From: an uncultured Bacilli bacterium | GTDB lineage: Bacteria; Bacillota_I; Bacilli_A; RF39; UBA660 | Reading direction: 5' to 3' | DNA: 64,000 nt | Assembly: GCA_944331865.1 (NCBI GenBank) | Contig: CALVIZ010000001.1 | Span: 18,766 to 82,765, forward strand | In this document: piece by piece, positions 29,032-38,540 of the stretch | Layout: each line of letters starts with the position of its first letter | How positions within the stretch are numbered: the stretch's first letter is position 1 | Program-made: the position numbers and the translations under genes | The notes under the pieces: model-generated | Told to the model about the DNA's origin: nothing | Seen by the model: the letters and a program-made list of their open reading frames with translations, nothing else | The model's database searches: none

Positions 29032-29176
29032 TGTATTCTCCTTACTTTAGACTCATATTAATTATAACATTTAAATAAAATATCGACAAATATTTACAAA
29101 AATTAATGTAAATCCACTGTAAACTCTATTAATTTTTATTAGTTTATATTATAATAAATTTGAAATGGTGGTTTTA

Positions 29177-29515
29177 ATGGATAAACAATTTGATAGGATA
29201 GACATAATATTTATAGTTTTAATATCACTATATTTACTAGTATTAGTAATAGGTATATTATGGATAATTTTAGATAAAATTGAAAAAAAGAACAATTTAA
29301 AAAAAGAACATAAAATGATTGAAGAAAAGAGCAAATATAAAACAAAAGATACAAATCAAAAAAATTCAAATAGCAAAAATAAAAATAATAAAGTCAAAAA
29401 TAAAACTACAACAAAAAAGAAAAATACTAAAAATAACTCTTCTAAAAGGAACACCGGTTATATATCTCCAACAAAAAGGAAAAAGAAGAAAAAAAAGACA
29501 TCTCGCAAAAAGTGA
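29177..29515 (+). CDS. small single-TM protein with extremely Lys/Asn-rich tail
   Basis: GGTGG RBS 5 nt before the ATG at 29177. One TM helix ('IIFIVLISLYLLVLVIGILWIIL'), then about 75 aa of K/N/T-rich low complexity. One of the few plus-strand ORFs. Confidence 0.45.
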   Translation: MDKQFDRIDIIFIVLISLYLLVLVIGILWIILDKIEKKNNLKKEHKMIEEKSKYKTKDTNQKNSNSKNKNNKVKNKTTTKKKNTKNNSSKRNTGYISPTKRKKKKKKTSRKK

Positions 29516-29523
29516 TGTCTTTT
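29495..29523. terminator. hairpin between convergent genes
   Basis: AAGACATC-11 nt-GATGTCTT followed by T residues. It spans the stop of the plus-strand ORF and abuts the stop of the GT2 gene. Confidence 0.45.
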
Positions 29524-30462
29524 CTAAATATTTTTTTCAGTTTCTTTAATTATATATATAGGGCGTTTTTTTGTTTCCAAATATGTTTTTGATAAGTATA
29601 AACCAATAATACCTAGACAAAATAATTGAATACCCCCAACAAACATTATGATACAAACAAGTGATGGCCATCCAGCAACAGGATCTCCAAAACATAGAGT
29701 TCTTATAATTATTACAATAATCATTATAAAAGCAATTAAACAAAATATAATTCCAACTATAGCACTAAATACTAATGGAGTTGTTGAAAATGCTGTTATT
29801 CCTTCGATAGCATATGCAAATAATTTCCAAAAACTCCATTTGCTATATCCTGCTACTCTATCAATATTTTCATATTCAATCCATTTTGTTTTAAAACCAA
29901 CAAAACTAAATATTCCCTTTGAATACCTATTATATTCTCTTATACTTAAAATTGCATCAACCATTTGTCTTGTCATAAGACGGAAATCTCTTGCTCCATC
30001 AACCATTTCAGTTTTAGAGATTTTATTAATTATTTTATAAAACATTTTTGTAAAAAATTTTCTAAGTGGTGAATAACCATTTCTTGTAACACTTCTCGAT
30101 GCACAACAATCATATTCACCAGTTTCTAATGTTTCGAACATTTCAATTAACAATTGAGGAGGATCTTGTAAATCGACATCCATAGTTGCAACATAATCTC
30201 CAGTTGCATTTTCTAAACCTGCAAGAATACCAGCTTCTTTACCAAAATTCCTAGAAAAAGAAATATATCTCACAGTTTTATCTTTTTTAGCTAAACTTCT
30301 TAATATTTCTAAAGTTTTATCTTTACTTCCATCATTAATAAATAAAAATTCAAAATTTGCTTTTTTACTTAATTTATTTTTTATTTTTTGCATTTCATCG
30401 TAAAATATAGGTATTGTTTCTTCTTCATTAAACACCGGTACTATAATAGATATTTTTTTCAT
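29524..30462 (-). CDS. GT2 polyprenyl-phosphate glycosyltransferase (GtrB/CsbB-like)
   Basis: 312 aa. 'ISIIVPVFNEEETIPIFY', 'INDGSKDKT', 'DVDLQDPP', two C-terminal TM helices. Confidence 0.8.
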   Translation of the reverse strand: MKKISIIVPVFNEEETIPIFYDEMQKIKNKLSKKANFEFLFINDGSKDKTLEILRSLAKKDKTVRYISFSRNFGKEAGILAGLENATGDYVATMDVDLQDPPQLLIEMFETLETGEYDCCASRSVTRNGYSPLRKFFTKMFYKIINKISKTEMVDGARDFRLMTRQMVDAILSIREYNRYSKGIFSFVGFKTKWIEYENIDRVAGYSKWSFWKLFAYAIEGITAFSTTPLVFSAIVGIIFCLIAFIMIIVIIIRTLCFGDPVAGWPSLVCIIMFVGGIQLFCLGIIGLYLSKTYLETKKRPIYIIKETEKNI

Positions 30463-30473
30463 ACATACTCCTT

Positions 30474-30872
30474 TTATTTCTCAATAAAAATTTTTCTAGT
30501 AATAAAATTATAAATCATTACAATAATTGTAGCCATTATTTTACATAACATATAATAAATATTTAAAAAATCGACACCTACATACATAACTAATTGATTT
30601 ATTCCCAAACCAATAACACTAAGAATAGTAAATAATAAAACTTCTTTATAAGTTTGTTTCTTTTTAACATCAAATACCCAAAATATACTCAAAATATAAT
30701 TATAAATTAAAGATACAATAAAAGATATTACTGATGATATCAAATAATGAATATGTAAAAAATCTGTTAAAACATATAATAATCCCGCATCTATTAAAAA
30801 GGCAGTAAATCCAACTATTCCAAAACGGAATAATTGTTTGAATATTTTACTATGTATAAATTTATTTATCAT
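30474..30872 (-). CDS. GtrA-family membrane protein (putative lipid-linked sugar flippase)
   Basis: 132 aa with 4 TM helices. 'FRFGIVGFTAFLIDAGLLY' and C-terminal 'YNFITRKIF' are GtrA hallmarks. Confidence 0.75.
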   Translation of the reverse strand: MINKFIHSKIFKQLFRFGIVGFTAFLIDAGLLYVLTDFLHIHYLISSVISFIVSLIYNYILSIFWVFDVKKKQTYKEVLLFTILSVIGLGINQLVMYVGVDFLNIYYMLCKIMATIIVMIYNFITRKIFIEK

Positions 30873-31794
30873 TTCTACTCCACAAATTTAAATATAATTC
30901 ATATAATTGTTTATGTTTTTTAACAATTACTTCAAGTATAATACCAGTAATCCAAAATAACATACTCAATACTAAAAAAATACAAGCAACTATTAATGTT
31001 GGAAATCTTGGTACTAATCCAGTATTAAAATATTCTATTAATACAGGTATTCCAAAAATCAAAGCAATTATTAAGAACAAACTAGCTAAAATTCCAAAAA
31101 AATAAAATGGTTTATATTCTTTAAACAATATAGCAATCGTTTTAAGTACTTTAAATCCATCACTATAAGTATTAAGTTTTGATGCACTACCTTCAGGTCG
31201 ATCACGATATTCTACAGGAACTTCTACTAATTTAAAATTTTTATCCACTGCATGAATAGTCATTTCTGTTTCAATTTCAAAACCTTTAGATAAAACAGGA
31301 AACCCCTTAACAAAATCTTTACTAAATGCTCTATATCCCGTCATAATATCTTTAATTTTGTTTTTAAACAAATGATTTATTAACCATCTAACAATTCTAT
31401 TACCGAAATTATGAAAAGGTCTTTTATTTTCAGAGAAATAAGTACTAGAAAGTCGATCACCTATAACCATATCAGCTTTACCTGATAAAACTAAATCACA
31501 CATATAACGAGCACTTTCTGCTGGATATGTATCATCCCCATCAATCATTAAATAGCATTCAGCATCGATTTCTCTAAACATTGTTCTTATAACATTGCCT
31601 TTTCCCTGACGATATTCATATCTAACCTTGGCTCCAGCCCTACGAGCTATTTCATCAGTCTTATCTGTAGAATTATTATCATAAACATATATATCAGCTT
31701 CTGGCAAAGCCTTTTTATAATCCTTAATTACTTTTTCAATTGTTATTGCTTCATTATAACAAGGTATTAATACAGCAATCTTTTTATTTTTCAT
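30862..31794 (-). CDS. GT2 family glycosyltransferase with C-terminal TM helices (second Dpm1/GtrB-like enzyme)
   Basis: 310 aa. 'IAVLIPCYNEAITIEKVI', 'YDNNSTDKT', 'DGDDTYP'. Confidence 0.75.
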   Translation of the reverse strand: MKNKKIAVLIPCYNEAITIEKVIKDYKKALPEADIYVYDNNSTDKTDEIARRAGAKVRYEYRQGKGNVIRTMFREIDAECYLMIDGDDTYPAESARYMCDLVLSGKADMVIGDRLSSTYFSENKRPFHNFGNRIVRWLINHLFKNKIKDIMTGYRAFSKDFVKGFPVLSKGFEIETEMTIHAVDKNFKLVEVPVEYRDRPEGSASKLNTYSDGFKVLKTIAILFKEYKPFYFFGILASLFLIIALIFGIPVLIEYFNTGLVPRFPTLIVACIFLVLSMLFWITGIILEVIVKKHKQLYELYLNLWSRNDK

Positions 31795-31819
31795 TATTAC
31801 ACCTCAACATCTAACTTCA

Positions 31820-33628
31820 TTATACAATATCTTTAGACTGCTTTTCAAGAAATACCGCAAATATAAATGGCATTGCAAATATAAACGGTAAAGCATATCT
31901 AAAATATGTATTTGCAGGGCCTAAAATACAAACTAGAATTAGTGCTAAAACTGGAGATAATATTACAATATTTTTATATAATTTTTTATATATTGCATAA
32001 GTTAATAAAACAAGTATAATCCATACATTAAATCCAATATTTGATATTAAACCAATAACAGGTATATAAGGAAAACATACAGCATAATTTGATAAAACAT
32101 TTCTTAATGTACCCAAAGAATTATAACTATATGAAAATCCATCTTCAACAATTCTATCATCATATTTATAATATACATACCAATTTGTCTTTTCTGGATA
32201 AAAATAACCATAAGTGTTATTCATAGTTGCTTCAATATAAGTCCCTGGATGTTTAATTAACCCAGAAAACCAAACTTTAAAATATTCTTTTAAATCTTCA
32301 TTAGTTGCATATTTGTTATACTCATTTTTAACAGGATCAGAAAGCTCAGGATTATATCTTTCAGCCAAATCATCATAACCCAATATTTTATCAATAACTT
32401 CAATTTGCTCACTAGTTAAATCATCACTATGATATTTAACCAAACGAGCCGTTTGTTGAAAAGGAACCGATAAAGTCTCTCTAATACTACCCGGTGTAAT
32501 TTTAAAATATGGCAAAACAATTTTATCAAATACTCCATAAAAACCAAAAACACATATCATAACAATTAATATTTCTTTCCATTTTTTTCTTACAACAAAT
32601 AATAAAAATGGTAATGATAAAATTAAAGTATGTATTCCATTATTTCTAAATAAGCAAATTAATATTAAAAGTAATATTATTAATATATATTGCCACCATT
32701 TATAATCACCTTTAACTTTAATATAGTTATGTAAAAAAATTAAATATAAGAATATTAATGTTCCAAATATAACATCTTTAACCCCACTCATGGCATAAAG
32801 GGGAAACATTGGAACTAGTGCATACAAAAGCAAAACCCCAAATAAATATTTTGTTTTTAAATTCATTTTCTGCATATAATAAATACTAAAAGCCAAAGTC
32901 GTAACTAAAAAAGCCATTTGAATTATACTATAAAAAAATAATCCTAAATTATCATTACCCATAAGTTCACCTAACTTTAAACATCCTCCAAGCAAAGCCG
33001 TATGTGTAACAGGATGATGATTTGTAATAACTACATTATCATCAATTAATATTGAATAATCAGCATATTTCGTTCTAATTCCAAAAAACTGTTTAATTTG
33101 ATAACTAGGATCGGGTGAAAGTATAATTGGATAAAAAGAAATTATGTATGGAAGCCAACAAATAATAATAAATACAACACTAAATAAAAAAGGATGTTTT
33201 TTAAATAAAGAGATTATTTTATTATTTTTTTTATTACCAACTTCATCATAGTTATTTTTATCAATAAATCTAAAAATATAACTTATTATAATTAAAAACA
33301 AATTATAATAACCAATATACATAAGTAAAGATATTATAAAATAACCAATATTTTTAAAAACTAAAAGAGTAGAAGAAACTAACATAAAACTATTACCAAA
33401 AATCATAAAAAAAGCTAGTATTAAACTCAAAACTTTTATAGACTTTTTTTGATGAATTATCGTACTATTTTTAATACATTTATAGATAAAATATAATAAT
33501 AATATACTTCCAATTAATCCTAATCTAAATAAATTCTTTGTTTCTCCTAAATATAAGTTATATATATTAAAATTAATAGCTAAAAAACTACAAATCAATA
33601 AAAAATAAAATATTATATTTTTTTTCAA
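31820..33628 (-). CDS. large polytopic membrane protein (DUF6020-like), probable GT-C-type extracytoplasmic glycosyltransferase
   Basis: 602 aa with at least 12 hydrophobic helices. Its position directly after the GT2/GtrA genes supports the call. The family assignment is from memory only. Confidence 0.45.
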   Translation of the reverse strand: MKKNIIFYFLLICSFLAINFNIYNLYLGETKNLFRLGLIGSILLLYFIYKCIKNSTIIHQKKSIKVLSLILAFFMIFGNSFMLVSSTLLVFKNIGYFIISLLMYIGYYNLFLIIISYIFRFIDKNNYDEVGNKKNNKIISLFKKHPFLFSVVFIIICWLPYIISFYPIILSPDPSYQIKQFFGIRTKYADYSILIDDNVVITNHHPVTHTALLGGCLKLGELMGNDNLGLFFYSIIQMAFLVTTLAFSIYYMQKMNLKTKYLFGVLLLYALVPMFPLYAMSGVKDVIFGTLIFLYLIFLHNYIKVKGDYKWWQYILIILLLILICLFRNNGIHTLILSLPFLLFVVRKKWKEILIVMICVFGFYGVFDKIVLPYFKITPGSIRETLSVPFQQTARLVKYHSDDLTSEQIEVIDKILGYDDLAERYNPELSDPVKNEYNKYATNEDLKEYFKVWFSGLIKHPGTYIEATMNNTYGYFYPEKTNWYVYYKYDDRIVEDGFSYSYNSLGTLRNVLSNYAVCFPYIPVIGLISNIGFNVWIILVLLTYAIYKKLYKNIVILSPVLALILVCILGPANTYFRYALPFIFAMPFIFAVFLEKQSKDIV

Positions 33629-33691
33629 AACAAATCCCTCCGTTATCTAAATTATATCAAAACAATAAAAAAAAGCAACTTTTAAGCTGCC

Positions 33692-35629
33692 TTAATTAAT
33701 CATATCTTCAATAATATCTAAATCTTCATCTTCTAAATCATCTATTATTTCTTCATCATCTTTTTCTTCATCTTTAATACTTTCTTTACTATTTACAACA
33801 TAGAAAGTTATTTCCGTAACATTATTTAATAACGTATTTGCATGAACACTTTGATCCCCTATTAAACCAACATTTACACTAGAATTATAATGACTACTAT
33901 TAGGATCAACATATTCTATATTATACATTATTCCTTTTGATGAACAATATTCTTCAGCATCAGTTACAGTATTTCCAATAAAACTAGGTAATACTTCACT
34001 TGACTTTTCTTGTCTTTTACCTTTTCCTGGACTATAGGCTTTATAAGTTTCATTAACAGAAAAACTAAATGTTTTAATTTCTTCTTCTTTTTCTTCACCT
34101 AAAGTAACTTTTAAAGCATGTGTTATATCTCCTAAAGAATCTTTATAATATCCTTGAGCAGAAGTAGTATTTCCCATACTAGGTACATAAACAGGTAAAC
34201 TATAAGTTTCTAAATAAGCTTTATTTATTGTAAGTAAATCTTCACCACTTAAAACATTTGCAACCATATTTTTAATTACACTATAACCAGATAATATCGC
34301 ATCAATATCCATATTTGTTGCAATATTGTTACTTATAGCATTTAATATATCTTGTAAAGATTTAACACTACTAAAACCTAAAGCTTTATTAGCTATTGCT
34401 TCAACTACTTGTTGTTGATGTCTAATTCTATCTAAATCACTACCAATATATAAATGTCTATTTCTAGCATATGCTAAAGCCTGTTCTCCATTTAATGTTT
34501 GTAAACCAGGTTCTACACAAACTAAATGATCACCAAACAATCTATCAGAATTTTGTTCACACATCTTACCATCATATTTACCGGCATTATAAGTTGGTGC
34601 TTCTACATCAACTTCTATTCCACCGATAGCATCAACTAATTCAACAACCCCTTTAAAATTAATTTTAACATAATAATCTATATTAATATCTAGAAAACTA
34701 CTTACAGTATCAATTACACAACTTGTTCCATATGCAGCTGCTGAATTAATTTTAGCATAATTATCATTACGGCAAGTAATTGGAACATAAGTATCTCTTG
34801 GAATGCTTACCATGGTAGTTTGTAAAGTATCAGGGTTAAAAGTAATAATCATTAAAGTATCACCATTAAAAGCAGCATTAGCATTTAAACCATCACTTTC
34901 TGAATCAACTCCTAAAAGTAAAAATGTCAGTGGTTCTTCAAATGTTTTATTACTAGATAATATTAAATCCTCGTTTTCTCTTTCTTCACTATATTTATAT
35001 AATATTTTAGTATCACCTGCTATATTTTTATAATTTTCTTCTTCATTAAATAAAGTTACATAATTACTTGGTACAAATATAGCATCAATTTTTTCATCAT
35101 ATAAATCTTTAATTAATTGATAATAATCATCATATTCTTCTATACTATTTGCTAACTTTTCTTTACTATATAACTTTTTAGCTAATATATTACCCTCTAT
35201 TTCATCTTCATCATTAATCATTCCTATTACAGATTTATTATCAAAATCAGTTTCTTTTAAAGAAATAAGTAAACTTGTATAAACTAAATTTTCATCATCA
35301 GTCATATTATTTAAATTATTATAAATAATGTTTATATAATATGAACCAAAACAAAATATTAAAATAAATATTATAGATATTAATGAAGTAAGTATAAATA
35401 CTTTATATTTATGTTTAATCAAATTTGCTAAATTAATAAATAAGTATAATATTAAATAAAGAATAAAAAATATAATAAATACAAATCTAAGAGTTGTTTC
35501 AATTCCCTTTAAATTTAATAAATTTTTTATAAAGAAAAATAAAGAAATTATATAAACAATTCCTATTATATAATATAAATATCTATATATTCCTTTAGAT
35601 CTTTTCAACTTTCTTAATACTTTTTCCAT
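33692..35629 (-). CDS. LCP (LytR-CpsA-Psr) family glycopolymer ligase with PASTA-like C-terminal module and acidic tail
   Basis: 645 aa. 'LLGVDSE...GDTLMIITFNPDTLQTTMVSIPRDTYVP' is the LCP core. 'LPSFIGNTVTDAEEYCSSKGIMYNIEYV...' looks like PASTA. The protein ends in a D/E-rich tail. Confidence 0.7.
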   Translation of the reverse strand: MEKVLRKLKRSKGIYRYLYYIIGIVYIISLFFFIKNLLNLKGIETTLRFVFIIFFILYLILYLFINLANLIKHKYKVFILTSLISIIFILIFCFGSYYINIIYNNLNNMTDDENLVYTSLLISLKETDFDNKSVIGMINDEDEIEGNILAKKLYSKEKLANSIEEYDDYYQLIKDLYDEKIDAIFVPSNYVTLFNEEENYKNIAGDTKILYKYSEERENEDLILSSNKTFEEPLTFLLLGVDSESDGLNANAAFNGDTLMIITFNPDTLQTTMVSIPRDTYVPITCRNDNYAKINSAAAYGTSCVIDTVSSFLDINIDYYVKINFKGVVELVDAIGGIEVDVEAPTYNAGKYDGKMCEQNSDRLFGDHLVCVEPGLQTLNGEQALAYARNRHLYIGSDLDRIRHQQQVVEAIANKALGFSSVKSLQDILNAISNNIATNMDIDAILSGYSVIKNMVANVLSGEDLLTINKAYLETYSLPVYVPSMGNTTSAQGYYKDSLGDITHALKVTLGEEKEEEIKTFSFSVNETYKAYSPGKGKRQEKSSEVLPSFIGNTVTDAEEYCSSKGIMYNIEYVDPNSSHYNSSVNVGLIGDQSVHANTLLNNVTEITFYVVNSKESIKDEEKDDEEIIDDLEDEDLDIIEDMIN

Positions 35630-35635
35630 CCCTAA

Positions 35636-36265
35636 TTATTCTCCTACAAAATATTCAACCACATATAATTTATTATCTAAAATAATTAATGTTATTGTAG
35701 CATTATCATCATACCCTAAATCTTTCACATAATCCCAATTTAATTCAACAATAAAGCTATCATAATTTTCATCATCAATTAAAAATTCTCCAGTATTAAT
35801 TGCAGTAATATTTGAACCACTCACTTCAGGTAAATCTTGTTTTCTTTTACCATCAGAATTATTTTCCATATGTTTATAAATGGTATCTTCAACATTTAAT
35901 TTAAAATTTTCAATAGAATCTGGATACACATATTCTGCACTACCAACATCATATTTATTAATTTTATTATTCAATGTAAATAAATCAATGATAAATAATT
36001 CAGCAAGAATTTTGGCATATTCTTCATAATCTATTTCATCACTATTTAACACTTTTTTTAACTCTTCATACTTACTTTTCATTAAAGCACTATCTCTATC
36101 ATCTAAATTATAACCATATTTTTCTATACTATCTACTACTTTAATGTTATCATTAGTATTATTATTTTTTAATAATTTATAAACCAAAAAACTTATAATT
36201 AACAAAATTGCAATTACGATAAATATCATTATTAATCTTTTGAATTTTTTCTTCATTTTATTCAC
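35636..36265 (-). CDS. N-terminally anchored extracytoplasmic protein, unknown function
   Basis: 209 aa with a single N-terminal TM helix. Translationally overlapped by the upstream LtaS gene. Confidence 0.4.
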   Translation of the reverse strand: MNKMKKKFKRLIMIFIVIAILLIISFLVYKLLKNNNTNDNIKVVDSIEKYGYNLDDRDSALMKSKYEELKKVLNSDEIDYEEYAKILAELFIIDLFTLNNKINKYDVGSAEYVYPDSIENFKLNVEDTIYKHMENNSDGKRKQDLPEVSGSNITAINTGEFLIDDENYDSFIVELNWDYVKDLGYDDNATITLIILDNKLYVVEYFVGE

Positions 36266-38279
36266 CTGTCATAGATACTTGATTAAGCAAATTATAAACA
36301 ATTATATAATTAGATATTTCTAAACGGTTTTCACCAATCAAACTAATATCTGAAATATAATCTTCATCCAAACTAGCACCATCTTCTAAAACTTTATATT
36401 CACCAGTTGAATTATTATAATAAACTTTTTCAGTTAAAATATTACCATTAGGAAATACTATTATATTATCATCTTTTGAATTAAAAATATCATCACCAAC
36501 AGTATATTTATTATATAATCCATACATATTTAGTATAGTTGGTGCAACGTTATACATACCTGTATAATAAGTTATTTCACCTTTAAATACATTTTTTAAA
36601 CTTTTATCTTTTGTCCAAATTATTAATGGTGTCTTCTTATTTAATTCATGATCATAATAATCATATTCTACATATTCTTTATCAGTTTCTTCATATGTTT
36701 TACCAGTTTCTGGATTTAAATTATATAAATAATTTATATCACTACGATTTAATTTAGCATCATGATCACCAAAAAAGACAAATACTGTATTATCAAAAGC
36801 ATCAGATTCATTTATATAATTAATAAAATCACCTAAAGCTATATCAGCATAGTTAGCGCTTTTAATATATTCACCTACTGATGTATCAGATAAGTAATCA
36901 ACACTCATTTCTATTTCTTCCATTGTATTTTCATCAATTTTTGTATAGTGAGTAGTTAAATCTAAAATACTATGTGTAGCAGCATCACTAAAAGGTGAAT
37001 GATTAGATAGAGTAATCACATACCCCATATAATTTTCATAGGTATTTTCTATATTTTCCATAATAGGTATAGCTTGTTTAAAAAATAATTGGTCATTTAT
37101 TCCTAAATTTATAACATCTTCGTCTTTATAAGTGAATGAACTTTCAAAATACATTCCTTCATATCCTAAAGATGGATGAGCTAAATTTCTACCCCACATA
37201 GTATCAGAATTACCATGCATACTAAAAGTATAGTAACCTAAATTATTTAAATATTTTGGTATTGTAAAATAATTACGATCATAATAACTAGTAAATACTG
37301 CACCACTTGCTGCAGGCATGAGTCCAGTTAATATTGTGAACTCAGTATCTGATGACGTACCAGTACTAACTTGAGGATAAAAATTAGAAAAAAACATTCC
37401 TTCACTAGCAAGTTTATTTAAATTCGGTGTTACTTCTTGACCATTAAATTCTAAATCCATTAAAAATGTTTGCATACCTTCAAGATGAACCAAAATTATA
37501 TTTTTACCTTCCAAAATACCTGTATATTCATTATCAATATGTTCTTCTTTCTGATCAAAATACGCATTAAAAGCTTCAAGAGCTTCTTCTTCACCAAACA
37601 AACTACTCAATTGTGATCTTAAAACTTGAACAACATCATTTATTTGATATAAAAGTATTCCAAAACGTTCTACAACATATACCCTATTCCATTGTTTTGC
37701 AAGCCTTGAATAATCTGTTCCCGTAGCTGTTCCAAAACTATATCCTAAACATAATATTCCAACTAATAAGGTTGTAACAACCATTTTTTTACCTTTTTCA
37801 ATTTTATCAACAAAATAATAATATGATGAGGCTAATAATTTTTTATGAATAACATAAAAAATCACTGGTACTAATATATACATTACATCATAAAAACTTA
37901 CTTTTTCAAATATAGAACCTGTTACAGTTTCAGCTTGAGATAATGTCGATAAATAACCAACTGAAGTAAAATTTACATAAAATTTATAATAAATTGAATT
38001 TACTACATTAATAATAGTAAAAATAATCAACCAAATAAAATAATATTTAAATTGATTTTTAGGTTTAACAAAATATCCTAATCCCCCGATGATTAAAATA
38101 ACTGCTAAGTCTGTTATAAAAGATTTAAAATAGAAAAATGTTCCCAAAGTAAAATATCTTAAAAACATTGTACCTATTATTGCTAATATAACATAGGATA
38201 TAAATAAACGATTTGTTATTATATATTCAACAATACTTTTACGAATTGTTTTATATGTTTTTTTAACTTTTTCTTTCAT
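36258..38279 (-). CDS. ltaS: LTA synthase family protein (LtaS-like polyglycerolphosphate transferase)
   Basis: 5 TM helices plus a sulfatase domain ('LEGMQTF', 'TGTSSDTEF', 'FGDHD'). Likely start is the ATG at 38279 after AGAAGGGAAAA; the track ORF starts at 38330. Confidence 0.75.
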   Translation of the reverse strand: MKEKVKKTYKTIRKSIVEYIITNRLFISYVILAIIGTMFLRYFTLGTFFYFKSFITDLAVILIIGGLGYFVKPKNQFKYYFIWLIIFTIINVVNSIYYKFYVNFTSVGYLSTLSQAETVTGSIFEKVSFYDVMYILVPVIFYVIHKKLLASSYYYFVDKIEKGKKMVVTTLLVGILCLGYSFGTATGTDYSRLAKQWNRVYVVERFGILLYQINDVVQVLRSQLSSLFGEEEALEAFNAYFDQKEEHIDNEYTGILEGKNIILVHLEGMQTFLMDLEFNGQEVTPNLNKLASEGMFFSNFYPQVSTGTSSDTEFTILTGLMPAASGAVFTSYYDRNYFTIPKYLNNLGYYTFSMHGNSDTMWGRNLAHPSLGYEGMYFESSFTYKDEDVINLGINDQLFFKQAIPIMENIENTYENYMGYVITLSNHSPFSDAATHSILDLTTHYTKIDENTMEEIEMSVDYLSDTSVGEYIKSANYADIALGDFINYINESDAFDNTVFVFFGDHDAKLNRSDINYLYNLNPETGKTYEETDKEYVEYDYYDHELNKKTPLIIWTKDKSLKNVFKGEITYYTGMYNVAPTILNMYGLYNKYTVGDDIFNSKDDNIIVFPNGNILTEKVYYNNSTGEYKVLEDGASLDEDYISDISLIGENRLEISNYIIVYNLLNQVSMTGE

Positions 38280-38336
38280 TTTTTCCCTTCTTACAAATAC
38301 AATTATAACAATAAATGTATTTTTTAGCAATTATTG

Positions 38337-38365
38337 TTGCAAAAAAAATAGAAATTTGATACAAT
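38337..38365 (+). promoter_or_regulatory. sigma-A type promoter of tRNA-Gly
   Basis: TTGCAA (38337-38342), a 17-nt spacer, then TACAAT (38360-38365) preceded by TG. It lies 8 nt upstream of the tRNA 5' end. Confidence 0.6.
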
Positions 38366-38373
38366 TTATTTAC

Positions 38374-38448
38374 GCAGGTGTAGTACAATGGCTAGTATAC
38401 GACCTTGCCAAGGTTGAGATGGGAGTTCGATCCTCCTCACTTGCTCCA
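38374..38448 (+). tRNA. tRNA-Gly (anticodon GCC), CCA encoded
   Basis: Manual cloverleaf. Acceptor GCAGGTG/CACTTGC, D-stem GTAC/GTAT, anticodon stem CGACC/GGTTG with loop TTGCCAA, T-arm GGGAG-TTCGATC-CTCCT, discriminator T plus CCA. 75 nt. Confidence 0.9.
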
Positions 38449-38487
38449 TAAGGTAAAATCGTCGCACCAATGTGACGTTAATGATTA

Positions 38488-38513
38488 AATCAACTGAAAA
38501 GTTGATTTTTTTT
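38488..38513 (+). terminator. rho-independent terminator of the tRNA
   Basis: AATCAAC-6 nt-GTTGATT followed by T6. Confidence 0.7.
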
Positions 38514-38540
38514 GTTAAAAGAAAGGATTGGTGTGATATA

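Noticed and set aside
29330-29515. A-rich, seemingly repetitive stretch that at first glance resembles a tandem or CRISPR-like repeat
   Set aside because: There is no fixed period or conserved repeat unit. It is AAA/AAG/AAT codon low complexity encoding a poly-Lys/Asn tail. No CRISPR array (regular repeats with unique spacers) was seen anywhere in the window.
29319-29549. Alternative-frame 76-aa Lys/Ile-rich ORF overlapping the 3' half of the small plus-strand gene
   Set aside because: It is a frame-shifted reading of the same A-rich tract. It has no RBS, and the 29177 start has a good GGTGG site, so only one frame was kept, itself at modest confidence.
2553-38279. The two LtaS-like genes (2553-4100 and 36258-38279) and the two Fic genes considered as recent duplications or repeat-mediated rearrangement substrates
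   Set aside because: The protein sequences are clearly divergent, with different lengths and TM numbers. I saw no extended DNA-level identity between the copies.
38374-38448. tRNA-Gly as the integration target (attB) of the mobile element
   Set aside because: The tRNA, its CCA and its own terminator are intact and separated from the recombinase gene by ~500 bp. I saw no copy of the tRNA 3' end near 48.2-48.5 kb. Large serine recombinases do not characteristically target tRNA genes.
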